Origin: Camelus ferus
Taxonomy: Eukaryota
DNA length: 64,000 nt
Assembly: GCF_009834535.1 (NCBI RefSeq)
Contig: NC_045697.1
Span: 95,668,001 to 95,732,000 of the forward strand
Reading direction: 5' to 3'
The translations under genes were made by a program, and so were the position numbers. The notes under the pieces were generated by a model, which did no database searches, had not been told where the DNA came from, and was given only the letters and a program-made list of their open reading frames with translations. This document shows positions 51,633-64,000 of the stretch, in pieces. How positions within the stretch are numbered: position 1 is the stretch's first letter; each line of letters opens with the position of its first letter.

Positions 51633-52719
51633 AGAAAGGTTTTGTGGAAATAAGCTTCTGTCATTTTGCTTTGACTTAATTTGGCTTCATTTTCCCCTGC
51701 CTTCCTTAGTATCACAGAATCCCTAAAACATGGAAACTGGTAACTCTGTGACCCAGCCACTAGTCCGGAATGTAGAATAAGGGGAAGAATGGAGGGTGAT
51801 AGTAACCTATATTTTTCAGGCAGCTTGTCCCCTTTCCTGAGGTTCCAGAAGCATTGTCATTCTGTAACAAACATTAAGACTTTGATAAGAACGTGGTAGT
51901 TTCTTATTTTTATACCTTAGAAAGTGCTACTTTATATTATAACAGTGGTGTTTGAATTGTAGCTTTCTTAGGAGGCAGAAAAAGACAAAATTTTACTATG
52001 TTATTCATTTTTTTCTCCTCTGAAAAAAGGATTATAAAATCCATTCATGCTTCACTATATTTTATGTTTAAAATGCTAGTCATTTGCAGATGGTTATATT
52101 GTGATTGTGTTTTTATATTAATAATCATTAAGATAAATTGTTAATTTTAGGGAAAGATACATTGTTATTAAAATAAAATTTTAATAATTCTAAGTGTTTT
52201 TTTCATGAACAACACCTTGGATTTTGTCACTGTTAAACATCCAAATGTTTTTAATTAATGTTCCTTTTTGGGCTAATGAGGTCAGCATTAATAACTCCTT
52301 TTTGTAAAAGAAAAATGAATAAAGGCTTCTAATATTGGAAAATATAATATTTCTCCATGTTTTCTAGGACAGATTTTAAATAAACTTGTTGCCATTCCAA
52401 AATGAAGTGTTGTCTATTAAAGCTGATCTTGCTATTCCAGAAGGCAAAATTCCAAAGAGAATGTAGCATCTCTTTGTCAACAGATTGCTAATTAATTTGT
52501 TTTTTAACATCAGAGACTATCCACTCCCATTAACCTTTCTTAGACATTCCCAAGTCAGGAAATTTGAATTCCCTGAATAAGAAGCACTGAGAATAAAATA
52601 TTTTCCCAAAACATCAACTTTTATAACTCTGACACAGTGTCCTATGAAAATTTCTCATCAGTTCATTTCCTGAATTAATCAGGAAAACATACAACATGTG
52701 TGATGTCACATAAATAATG

Positions 52720-53020
52720 AGGTAATGATGGCTCAACACCATAAGATCTTCTGGACTGCTTTCCTTCAACCTGAGACCAGGGCAGCTTCCATCTCATTGT
52801 TGCACCACTTGGTGTATTTTATTATCAAGGTAGTCTCAAAAAGAAGAGGAATGGATTGGAGTATCACACAGGATATTTAAAGGGCAAAGCCTGGAAGTTG
52901 CTTAACACAACTTTGTTCACCTTTTATTGATATAGGTCAACCAAATGGCCTCTGATGTAAATGCAAAGAAAATTGAAAATAAAACCTTTCTGAGTGCGAG
53001 CACATGAAACAAAAATATCA
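52720..53020 (-). mobile_element. Old MaLR LTR fragment (MLT1J/K/L-like)
   Basis: gaccagggcagcttccatct...aagcctggaagttgcttaacacaactttgttcaccttttattga...aaatggcc...aatgcaaag. Confidence 0.55.
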
Positions 53021-53304
53021 TAGTACAGATAGAACATTGTCACTGTCATAGCTCCAGGGAAATAAACTTATTTGAAGAATAAAGAGCAACTAACTTCTCA
53101 ATGTCTGTATAGGTTATATGATGATTTTTAGGATAATCTTAGAAAATCATAAACAAAATTGAGACAAAGTATGTCTGAGGTGCATCATTTGTCCTGGCCA
53201 TTTGAAACACTATTTATAAAATAAATAATAAAATAAACAAAACCAATCACCAAAAGGAAATGAATTGATAATTGTCTAATGATGTCAATATATGGTGAGA
53301 CTAA

Positions 53305-55495
53305 TGAAATCCACACCAATAGACATTGTATGCAAATTGTCAAAAGTCAAAGACAAAGAATTTTAAAAACAGTAAGCGAAAAGCAACTCTGACATACCAG
53401 GGAACCCCCATGCTATAGATTAAATGTTTGCATCAACCTAAAATTCATATGCTGAAATCCGAATTCCCAAAGGAATAGTACTGGGAGGTGGGTCCTTTGG
53501 GAGGTGACTAGGTCATGAAGGTAAATGGGATTAAAGCCCTTATAAAACAAACCCCAGAGACACCTTTCATTTTTCCTGCCTTTACCTTGGACTTCTCAAC
53601 CTTCTAACTGTGAGAAATAAATTTTTATTGTTTATAATACACCCAACTTATACTGTTCTGTTACAGCAGCTCAAACAAAGACAGCCCATAAGATTTTCAG
53701 CAAATTTCTCAGCAAAAGCTACCAGGCCAGAAGGGAGTAGGATGATATATTCAAATGGCTGAAAGAAAAAAAAAAATGCCAAGCAAGAATACTTTATCTA
53801 GCAAAATTGTCCTTCAAAAATGAAGGAGAGATAACGACTTTTCAGATATACATAAGTTGAGGGAGTTTATCACCACTAGACCTGCCTTACCAGAAGGGCT
53901 AAAGAGAGTCATCCAACATGAAAGAAAATGATGCTAAATAGCAACATGAAAGTATTTGAAAATATAAAGCTCAAAGAAAAACTAAAAAGCAAATACACAG
54001 ACAAATATAGAATACTCTAATGGTAGTGCATAAATCACTTTTACTACTGCTATACAAATTAAAAGACAAAAGTAAACAAAACTATAATTATACTATGTTA
54101 ATGAATACACAATATAAAAAGATGTAATTTGTGATATTGATAACAAAGTGTAGAGAGGGAGAAGTAAGAGAGTAGTGTTTTAGTATGATATTGAACATAA
54201 GTTATTATCTTAAAATAAGTTGTTTTAACTATAAAATGATTTATGTAAACCCCACAGTAACCATAAAGTAGACACAAAAGAAAATGAGAAAAGAATCAAA
54301 ACATATCACTATACATTAAAAAAAAAAAAACAATAAACTAACAAAACACCAAGAAATCCGAGAAAGGAAATGAGGGACAAAAGAACTACAGGACAGAAAA
54401 CAGTGAACAAAATGGCAATAGCAAGTTCATCCCTATCGGTAATTACTTTGAATGCAAATGAAATAAACTCACCAATCAAAAGACACAGAGTGGCTGAATG
54501 GATAAAAAAAACAAGATCCAACTCCATATTCTCTACAGGAGACATATTTCAGATATAAGGACACATATAGGCTGAAAGTTAAACAATAGAAAAAAATAGT
54601 CCACAAAAACATTTACCAGAGAGAGAAGGGATGAACATAACCATTTAAACTGTAACCAATTAAAATATGAGCAAAACACTTGAATAGGTATTTCCCCAAA
54701 GAAGACATACAGATGGGCAACAGGTACATGAAAAAGTGCTCAGCATCACTAATTATCTGGGAAGAGCAAATCTAAACCACAAGGAGATATCCCTTCACAC
54801 CTGTTAGGATGGCTATTACTGGAAAAACAGAAAATGACAAGTGCTGTTGAGAGCCTGTAGAAACTGGAAACATTGTGCACTGTTGATGGGAATGTACAAT
54901 GGTGCAGAGAACTGTATGGAGGTTTCCCAAAAATTTGAAATAGAACTACCACATGATCCAGTAATCCCACTTCTGGTATTTATCCAAAAGAAATTGAAAT
55001 CAGGATGTCAAAGAGATATACACATGCCCATTTTTATTGCAGCAATATTTACAATATCTAAAAAGTAAAAACAACATAAATGATCATCAACAGATGAATG
55101 GATAAAGAAACCATGTTGTATACATGCAACGGAATATTATTTAGCTATAAAAATGAAGGAAATTCTATCATATGCTGCAATATGGTGAACCTGGAGGACA
55201 TTATGCTAAGTGAAATAACCTAGTCACAGAAGGAAAAACACTGAATGATTCCATTTTGATGAGGTATCTAAACAGTCAAAATCATAGAAGCAGAAAGTAA
55301 AATGGTGGTTACCAGGTGCTGGAGGAGTGTGAAATGGGGAGTTGCTGCTCAATGTGTACAAATTTTCAGTCATGCAAGAAGAAGAAGAGTTGTGTAGTAC
55401 AAAATTGTGCTTATAATTAACAATACTCTAATGTAAATTCAAAGATTGGTTGAGAAAATAGACATGGTATTTTTTTTTAAACCACAATAAAGAAT
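53305..55495 (+). mobile_element. Old L1 (L1MA/MB-like): ORF1 C-terminus, inter-ORF, ORF2 start, multi-kb deletion at ~54645, then ORF2 end and 3'UTR
   Basis: ORF1 motifs (agaatactttatctagcaaaattgtccttcaaaaatgaagg); ORF2 N-terminus SVITLNANEINSPIKRHRVAEWIKK (ORF 54370-54558); ends aaccacaataaa. Confidence 0.9.
53411..53683 (+). mobile_element. MLT1A-like MaLR solo LTR, internally deleted, inserted in L1 ORF1
   Basis: tgctatagattaaatgttt..aaattcatatgctgaaatcc..aactgtgagaaataaattt..aagaca; 5-bp TSD cccca / gccca. Confidence 0.9.
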
Positions 55496-56119
55496 AATAG
55501 TTTATTTAGGTAAATCAGTTATTTTTCTCACAGTCTCTTTGTTAGTAAACAAAGTATTTTTATTGGCACTCAGCCTCCAGAAAAATGTAGATTTTATATA
55601 AGAATGTCATCATATGAAAGTCAAGCACTTTCATTTTATTCTTTAAAATTTGTTTCTCTGCTAAAATTTTATTTCTTTTTGTGTTTGTAGAATTTATTTC
55701 CTGCCCACGTTTATGCTATAATTTCGAATGATTTCTTCTTTCTCAACTGAATATGCTATGATCATAGATTTCAGATCTTTGTGATTACTTCATTTAGCTT
55801 GATGATTTTCTTGTTTGTGAACAATGTATAGAGATTAGATCTAATATAAGACAAAGTTTTAGATACAACATTAAGTCTTTAGGATAGGTCCAGTATCATT
55901 TTGTTCAGTATCCTTTGACAATCCTAAGACATATGATCCCTCCTCCCATCCTGCTTAGGATCTAATATCAGTGTTATAACATGAGCATATCACAGCACAT
56001 AGGTGGTTCATTCTATAATACTGTTTTCAACCACTGTTGCTACTTTTTTTTTTTCACAGATTTTCTAATAAGTCAACTTTAAACTCGAAGTTGTATTACT
56101 ACACTTAAAGGTATCAATT

Positions 56120-56790
56120 TATTTAAATAGTACTTACTGAGAATCTACTATTTTAAAGCAATATTTTTGTGGGTTATATAATGATGAATGAGTTAGGTGT
56201 CTGCCTTTTCAGTTTATAGCAACCATTGGAGTGGAGAAGGGATATAAGTTCTAGTTCAAAGGCAATTATGATCTAGAACTATGACAGGAGAGTAAAGAAG
56301 AGGAAGTGCACTATTTAGAAATGTAGCTTTACAGCACACAAGGATGAGCTTCTGAAAGGCATTTTAACATCTGCTTAGGGAATTATTCTGCACCATAATA
56401 AAAGTTTTTTAAGCATCTGAAAGAGGTGAGGTATATAATCAAAGTGTTGCAGAAAAACATTTCAGTGTTTGTTGAGGTTGTGTGTGCTGCAGTGAACTTG
56501 AGAGACCACCTAAGGAACCTTTTAACAATTATCTAAGTAAGGCCTAACTTATGGTGGATGAAGATATAACAAACAACATGTAGAGATAAATAGAAAATAA
56601 ACTTGACTGAATCAGTGGATGATTGAATAAGAGACAAAGGAAATGAAAGACTCTGGAATAGCACCTGGGTTTATTGCTAGAATACCCTAGTATTCTACAG
56701 ATTTTTGTGCTATTGCATGAGACTCGAGAAGGATCTGATTGAGGAGTGAGAGGAGATCATGGGTTCAGTTTGTGACCTAATAATCCTAAA
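56120..56790 (-). mobile_element. L2 fragment, probably continuing at ~58050-58620
   Basis: tacttactgagaatctacta... 3' end and purine-rich antisense L2 body. Confidence 0.55.
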
Positions 56791-57193
56791 AGGTGGAATG
56801 AGGCCTTCATAGTAACCTTTCAGTAGATAAAGGTTGCCAGGGTAAAATACTTTATTCATCTGAGAGCCTACTGGCTTAGTAAACTGTTACCAGGAGGTTA
56901 GGGTTACAGCACACTAAAAGGTAAATAACAATCTAGATAAAATTTAAAAATAAAATAAAATAATGAGATTGTCTTGAATCTTAATATGTCTATATTATGC
57001 CATAACATTTTTCATTGTTATTACTTTGGACTACATCTGTTTAAAAAATATAAACAATTCCTCTTAGTATCTTAATGAGAGGAGAAAAGTAGTAATTTTA
57101 TGTCATCATTATAAGTGTTTTAAGTATAAAAGAGGAAATGAATTACCTCAAAATTAGAAGCAGTGACTTGGTTGTGTTCATAATACTGACTGT

Positions 57194-57719
57194 TTTTTAT
57201 TCATGTACAGTTGATTTATGATGCTGTATTAGTGTCAATGTACAGCAAATGATTCAGTTATATATATATAAAAGATATTAAATATAGTTCCCTGTACTAT
57301 ACAGTAGGTCCTTGTTGTTTATTTATTTTATGTACAGTAGTTTATATCTGTTAATTTCAGACTTTTAATTTATTCCTACCCCACCTTCCACTTTGGTAAC
57401 TATAAATTTGTTTTCTATGTCTGTGGGTCTATTTCTGTTTTGTAAATAAATTCATTTGTAACATTTTTTTTTAGATTCCACATATAAGTGATGTTACATG
57501 ATATCTGACTTACTTCACTTAGTATGATAATCTCTAGGTCCATCCATGTTGCTTTAAATATTATTATTTCATTCTTTTTATGGCTGAGTAGTATTCCACT
57601 GTGTGTGTGAATATATATATATCACATCTTCTTTATCCATTCATCTGTTGACAGGCATTTAGGTTGCTCCCATGTTTTGGTTATTGTAAATAGCGCTGCT
57701 ATGAAGGTTGGGGCATGCA
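57194..57719 (-). mobile_element. 5'-truncated L1 3' end, antisense
   Basis: atatagttccctgtactatacagtaggtccttgttg...ttagattccacatataagtga...taaatagcgctgctatgaa. Confidence 0.92.
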
Positions 57720-59019
57720 GAAATATTTTGGTCTGACCCTCCAGAACTTGAGTGGAGGACTCTTTCCAGCTTACTGTGAATTTTGTTCCTGTTAAGGAAG
57801 ATTGGCCTCATCAAAAATGTTCTAAATAACCAATGTTAGTAACATGATTTTACTTACTTTAATTTTGAGAAGAAACAAAAGAACTTTGTTGAAAATTGTT
57901 TCTGACAGTTATCTGTCTATCTTTAAAAGATCTGATCATGCTGTGACTTATTAAAATACATTATTAAGAAGTTAGCAAGGAAAAGGGAACCTCCCTGAAA
58001 ATTGTCCAAAATTCACCGAACAGTGAGGGATACTGAAGGCAACATCTCATAGGTACTCAGTTTAGATGCTTGGAAATAATATCAGGGCATGATAAAGATC
58101 ATGGGAAAGAACTGGTAATTAAAATAACGGGAGGAGATAATATTTCCCAAGAAGAGTATGTTGAGTGGAAAGAGAGACGCCTATAGGAGAGAAATCCTGA
58201 AAACTATGACAATCAAATGGATGAAGGTAGGAAGAGCACCATAAAGGGGAGATTCAGATGTTCTGACTAGGCGGGTATGAAAACAAGCAAACAAACAAAT
58301 AAAAATACACCCTAAAACAGGAGAGAAATAATGGAAAAGACTTAGTGGTTAACTATGCCAAATGCTGCTTAGAGACCATGCATAGACTGAGCACTGCACT
58401 AAACAACAAGGCAGTAAGAGTTACAGCAGGGGGACTGAGGCCCACTCCAAGTTTCCTCACTTGGAGCATGAATGGAATACGATAAAATAGACAAAGAAAC
58501 AACAGAAACAATTGGCTCTGAGAAAGACAGTAACAGCCCATAGCTGAAATATGGTATTTGGCATCACTTAGGGTTTTTTGTTTGTTTGATTTTTGAAAGA
58601 AGTTTTAATTATTTTGGAAAGATCCTAACACAGAGGATTAAATGCCAGTAGAGAAAACAGGGGAAAACTCAGTTTGTTAAAGCACCTCCTCCCCCACACA
58701 CTCCCACAAAAGAAAATGCTAAACTTCAAAGTACAACTAATATGCTACATTTAAAAGTAAGAGAAGGAACAGGAGAAATAAAATTATTTCTGGATGATAT
58801 AACTTTGCAGGTCTTATGACAAGAAAATGAGGGTGCTTTCATTATTTAACTGATATTTTAATTGTGAAATAAAGGCATGGCTCTCTGTGAAGGTAACGAG
58901 TTGATATATCTCGAGATACATGGAGAAGTTTCATGAAAGCACAGTAAAATACAGTCACTACAATTGATTTTTCTTATTTTTTAAGTTAAAAGATAGACGG
59001 TTTGATTTTTGTCCCCTTC

Positions 59020-59350
59020 TCTAATGAGGCAATGGAGTCACAGGATGGTTAACTCCACCAAAGTCACCCAGCCAGTAGGAGGCCAGAGTCTGTGTTCTTT
59101 ACCATTATTCTATAGGAATAAAACATTATCTAGCCTTTAGGAAGGCGATGTGACTTAGTGGGGAGAAAACTGAGTGGTGAACTGGATAACTCATGTTCTA
59201 GTCTTAACACATCATTAAGCAGCTTTGTGATCTTGTAAGACCAAATCACTTGATCTGGCTAATTATTTGGATATCAATTCTTTTAATTATAGAATAAGGC
59301 ATTTCAATTAGATTATCTCTAAGTTCAGTTCTGATTTTGTGATTTTGTGA
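59020..59350. mobile_element. Two MIR fragments (antisense ~59020-59110; MIR3-like sense ~59140-59350)
   Basis: ccaaagtcacccagccagtagg; gttctagtctt..agctttgtgatcttg..aaatcactt..agattatctctaag. Confidence 0.6.
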
Positions 59351-60234
59351 GACTATGATATAAGGATCCTAGAATATATAAGCACCGATGGCTAGTATAA
59401 CAGAATTAGGTAATAAGACTGTCAGTTACAGCATTTATCCATACACAATTTCTCCTGAGAGAATTGCTTTGATTGTTAACAGGATAATCTTATAGTAATA
59501 AAGTGTCTCTCTTTCCTAAGTATTGTTCAAATTTATAATAACTTAAATGAATTAACCAGCTTTGGAAAGGTCACTTTTCCAATAAATGGCAAAAGAACAA
59601 AAAGGTTAATAAAATGATTCAGACTCATTTATTGTTACTTACAAGGGTGATTTTGTCTGACATCTTATATGTGCATAATTATAGCCAAAGCTTTAAAATT
59701 GTGCAAAAAGCTTTTTGCCTTTTTTTCCCAGTCAGCCGAGCAAAGATTATATCTAACTGCTGCATTTTCATGTGTTTGAAAGCAACCTCTCTCCTCATAA
59801 ATGTGCAACTGTTCTGGTTGGAAACAGCTGCAGCTGCTGCTAGATGTTTTCTGCCCAGAGATATGTGATAGGTAGAGAGAGTAAAAAATCTAGAGTGATT
59901 TTCACATTGTGAAGGAGAGTCTAGCCAGGATTGAGAGTGAGATGCCGAAAAAAGAAGCCTATCGTAGTAGCTAAAAAAATCAACAGAGGCATGATTTATA
60001 TCAGGACTGGTACCCAGATATAAAATTTAGAATCCAATATAAAAAAACAGAGAAGTTGGTGTTACCCGTTACCTCTTTCTTTCTGTTTGCTACCACCTGG
60101 GCATTTGCATTAGGGGCTGGGTCAGCAACAAAAACCATAGTAATGGGTGATTTCCACTATAATCCCTAGGAATGCCTTGGAGCTTACTTTGTGGAGACTC
60201 CTCAGTTTACATTCTTTGTTCAGGAAAAAAAAAA

Positions 60235-60313
<79 letters not shown>
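60235..60313. repeat. Compound microsatellite (AT)7(AC)9(GT)22
   Basis: Direct reading. Confidence 0.95.
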
Positions 60314-61549
60314 GTTGGATCCCAGCTCAAAAGTAAACTGTATTTGAAATTTGTGTATATTTTGTAAACCCCAAATTTGGTACAAAAAGGTCTGTCTCAG
60401 GGCTTTTTGTGAGGAAATTTTATTAGTTATATGGAAACTCATTGCAACTAATTCTGTAACTCATTGTAACTAATTCTGTAACAGAAATTTTAATCACCTT
60501 TGGAAAACAAAAATCTAAGGTGCATGATTTATTTCCAAGGAAAAGCCTCAGAGGCAGTTGTGGGACAGACTTGAACACTACCATGGTGTCACCATGCTGT
60601 TTCTCTCCTGGACAGCTAGGGAGGTGGCAGTAGAAAGATTGAGAAATAAAAAGAGAAAGAGAGAGAGACAGAGAGAAACTAACATAGTCTAAATTCTAAT
60701 TACATAGTAGGCACTGGCAATAAAAGACACAAAGGATGTAAGCCCTGCAGTATTCTCCGTGAACACCGTGTAAGACAGACAGAGAAACAAATCAGAACTC
60801 GGTGGTGGGTGGTACTGTGGGAAACTAAAAGGGCTACACAATCCAGGCTGGGTGGGATCTGATGTAATACTAGCGTGATTTCAGAAAAGTGGTTCAGAGT
60901 TATTCAGCTAAAATGTGGAGTAATATTTTTAGATTAAAATAGTGAATTAAAACTTTCTATGGGATTTCCTTCCTCTTTCCTTAATAGCTAATGAATAGCA
61001 ACTATACAAGAAAGAAGATCATTCCAGTTTAATAAGTAAAGACAGAGAAGATTACAAAGCTAAGAATACAGAAGAGGAGGACAGCTCTAGTTTATTTCCA
61101 TACAGTAGAGCCTATTTTAGTAAGTCAAGTCAATACTCAGAATTCTCACCTATCCCTCCAAAATGGTAAATCTAAAATCTAAGTAGCTATGTGTTTTTTT
61201 TTTTTTTCTCTCTTCTCATAGGAAAAGTAGGGGAAAAAAAAAACTCTAGAGAGAAACAAGTGAAATAGAAAAACTAAGAATGTGGACAATGAAGGTGATT
61301 CCAGTTATAGAATATGATGATAATATGACTTTAACCCCAAGGGTATCGCCACAAAAAATTATTCACCCATCTACCAAATAATTAGCATGAATATTTGTAC
61401 AAAAGCTATAACAAAATCTCAGAAGAGGGAGCAGAAGTAAGGAATAGAGCGCTTTACTTTCTCCAATTTTTCTCCTCTGTCATTCCTTCTGCAACAGAAA
61501 ATTGGTAGAATGGGAATATACTGTTCTTAAATTACAACTTGGGGGTGAA

Positions 61550-63300
61550 ATGAGGATGTTCTCAGATATTTAAGGAAAGAGTTAAACCGGAGCAAGATGA
61601 AAATAAACAGCTTGGCAATGATTCACGCACTCTACAAGAACAAAGTAACCTCCCCTGCTCATAATACATGAGGAATGAAAATGAGACAAAAACATACCTC
61701 AATATAGAGAAAATAATTTCAAATCATTGCATGATACAAAAAGTGACTTCATTAGACCATTGTCTTAATATGAAGAGCAATTAGAGTAGATAAAACAGCA
61801 GAATGAGATAAGGAGGGAGGACCGCAAACAGAACAGAGGACCAAAACAGCATGATTGTGCAATTATTGAATAAATCAAAACCACCACTACAATTGAGCCA
61901 TACAGAAAAAGATTAAGATGATAATAACACATGTATGAAAAAGACAAAAAAGTTTAGATAACTTTTAGATAACATCCAACATAAACATAGTTGGTGTCCT
62001 GGGTTAGGGAATCAACAAATGGAATAGAGCTCTATTCAAAGCTATAATGCGGGAGAATTTCCAGTGTATAAGGAAACAATAAATTTGCAGACAGTATTAC
62101 TCTGAGTTCCAGAATAAATGGAACTAGGTACACTAATTAACCTACTAATATTTAAGGACCAAAGACTAATTGTGTCAAATACATATACTAAAAAAAGGAA
62201 ATAAATAGAAATGTATGTGTGAGAGGGACATGGTGATGCAAGGGTTTCAGCTTGACTTAAACATTCTTAACAACATATAATGAAATAATATGTAAGGCCT
62301 AGAAATTTTGAAGGAAAATGTGACTGGAGATTAGTAGTATACATGAGTGCATCTGTCAAATTAGGCTGCTGTCAATCCCTTCCCTGTGCACAAATGCTAG
62401 TTCTTCTAAGTGGAATCTATGCCATCACTTTTGACCAAGAGGGCAAGTGATGCTGTGTCAGATTTAAACTCAGCCTACATAAGGGCTGATGTTACCACCT
62501 CTTGCCTCTTCAAGTGTTCTGCTGGAATGTAAGAAGTCCAGGCTGCCTTGGAGAGAGAGACCAAGTGTGGTATCACGGAGGCATCACACATGTGAGTGAA
62601 TAGCCTTCTCAGGTGTTCCAACCCCATCAGTTATCATCATCTCAATGAAGCCCCAGACAGCCACTGTGCCAGCTGTTAAATGAATTCCTCGTTCTCAAAT
62701 GGTGAGAAAATAACTTGAATGTTTACTGTTTTAAGTCACTAAGCTTTAGGGTTGTTGATACAGTAAATAGATCTTTAGAACAGTTTACTTAATCAAAATG
62801 CTATTTAAAAATAAGAGCAACAAACAGACATTCTCAACCATTTTCTTTTAAATGAAGGAACACAATATCTATTAATCATTCATGGTAAAACTATTATTCA
62901 ATCAAGATTGAATTAAAGCACTTAGAAATAGAAAAATAGAAATGAAAAAGGACTCCTTATGAGCATTGACTACATTCAGAAATAATGATGCTACAGAAAA
63001 TTTACTTATGATATAAAACAGGATATAAATTATATGAACTTGGACAATGTTAAAATGACAACATAACTAAGTAAAATGATGGTGAGGGCAGAAGAGATTG
63101 GAGAATTAGGCAATTGCTATTATTACGACTTTTCTTTGTAAGGAGTCAATTAAACCACAGAGCTTACGAGAACTGTAATGACTGTAAAATCTTAATGTCT
63201 TTCAAATCTTATTAACCTTAGTGAGATCTGTCTGAAAGTGGTATTCTTTATTTAGTAGATACATTTATTTGAATATCAACAATCCTCCCTTTTTCATTTT
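61550..63300 (+). mobile_element. Ancient HAL1/L1M-like ORF1 region, interrupted by an MLT1 LTR
   Basis: atccaacataaacatagttggtgtcctg, ataatgcgggagaatttccag and aaacagacattctcaa are degenerate ORF1 motifs. Confidence 0.45.
62332..62782 (+). mobile_element. MaLR solo LTR (MLT1F/H-like)
   Basis: acttttgaccaa..caagtgatgctgtgtcagattt..atgtaagaagtccaggct..catgtgagtgaa..ctgttttaagtcactaagctttaggg..tagaaca. Confidence 0.8.
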
Positions 63301-63395
63301 AGCAAACATAAAGTGTATGCTATAATATTCAAAATATGGCATTTTTAAAAAGTGTTTCTTGTTTTTCATCTGTGTATATACACTGAATAACATCT

Positions 63396-63540
63396 ACAGC
63401 TGTCTGTCCACGGTTGGCTATTTAAATAAAAATTAATAAAATTAAATAAAATTAGAAATGCAATTTTTCACATTCACTAGACACAACCCAAGTACTCAAT
63501 AGTCATACATGCCTAGTATCTACTATATTGGAAATAGACA
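63396..63540. mobile_element. hAT-Charlie MITE (MER3/MER33-like)
   Basis: ggctatttaaat..aaattaaataaaattagaaatgca..cactagacac..caagtactcaatagtcatacatgcctagtatctactatattgga. Confidence 0.75.
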
Positions 63541-63734
63541 TGTAAAGTGAAGTCCACTTAATGTTAAGAGTGGTCACTTGTACTGCAATTTGGGGTGTTA
63601 TTTTATGTTTCACTTTAAAAATTTTTTTTTATGTTTTACTTTTGTATTTATATTTTCTAAGTTGCTTGAATAATTGTTTGTGTCTTTTTATCATATTTAT
63701 ATTAAAAAAGCAGAACCTAGAATGATTTTTCTTT

Positions 63735-63935
63735 ATAAAAAGTCTAGAGGAAAATCATAAAATATCAATATAGATTATTTCTAGATGATGGAGACTCAGA
63801 AGATTATGATTTTCATTTTTGTATTTTTAGCATTTTAAACATTTGAAAAATATAAAAGGATAATGGGAACTCTCTGTACTTTCTGCTTAATTTTTCTGCA
63901 AACTTAAAACAACTCTAAACATAAAATATCTTGAA
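63735..63935 (+). mobile_element. Old L1 (L1MC/MD/ME-like) 3' end fragments
   Basis: aaaagtctagaggaaaatcataaaat...; atgggaactctctgtactttctgcttaatttttctgcaaacttaaaac. Confidence 0.65.
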
Positions 63936-64000
63936 CAATAAAAGATGAAAAAAGTTGAGAAAATATTTCTGGTAAAAGTAATACCCTGAAAAACTTGGGA

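Noticed and set aside
58385..58470. Possible MER91-like hAT fragment
   Set aside because: Similarity too short and degenerate to support by eye.
1..64000. Non-retroviral endogenous viral element, processed pseudogene or domesticated env/gag gene
   Set aside because: No ORF or peptide motif recognisable beyond L1, CR1, ERV1 and ERVL; a translated search of the unmasked sequence would be needed to exclude highly decayed cases.

Overview
AT-rich, gene-free mammalian genomic DNA (intergenic or deep intronic) dominated by decayed transposable elements. The L1 3'UTR style and the absence of recognisable Alu, Bov-A/tA or PRE SINEs suggest a cetartiodactyl, probably a camelid (inference, not verified). 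I find no host coding exon, RNA gene, CRISPR array or intact autonomous element; every ORF with recognisable homology is a broken piece of L1 ORF2, ERVL pol or ERV1 pol. Main content: an ERV1-type 3' end plus LTR (1-1537); a nested L1 cluster (8669-15876); several 5'-truncated L1s with TSDs; an ancient ERVL gag/RNaseH/integrase/dUTPase relic (30550-32640); a head-to-head L1 pair (37213-39350); a minus-strand ERV1-type provirus (40564-47743) carrying three nested insertions; and many old MaLR, MIR, L2, L3/CR1, HAL1-like and hAT fragments. I see no evidence of a new biological system. The most interesting signals are mechanistic scars: an LTR flanked by both a PBS and a PPT (extended provirus end), two locally templated 160-200 bp insertions at breakpoints, two ~30 bp micro-inversions inside L1s, and an L1-in-L1 insertion. 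Family names are from memory of consensus sequences and identities are by-eye estimates; no database search was run.
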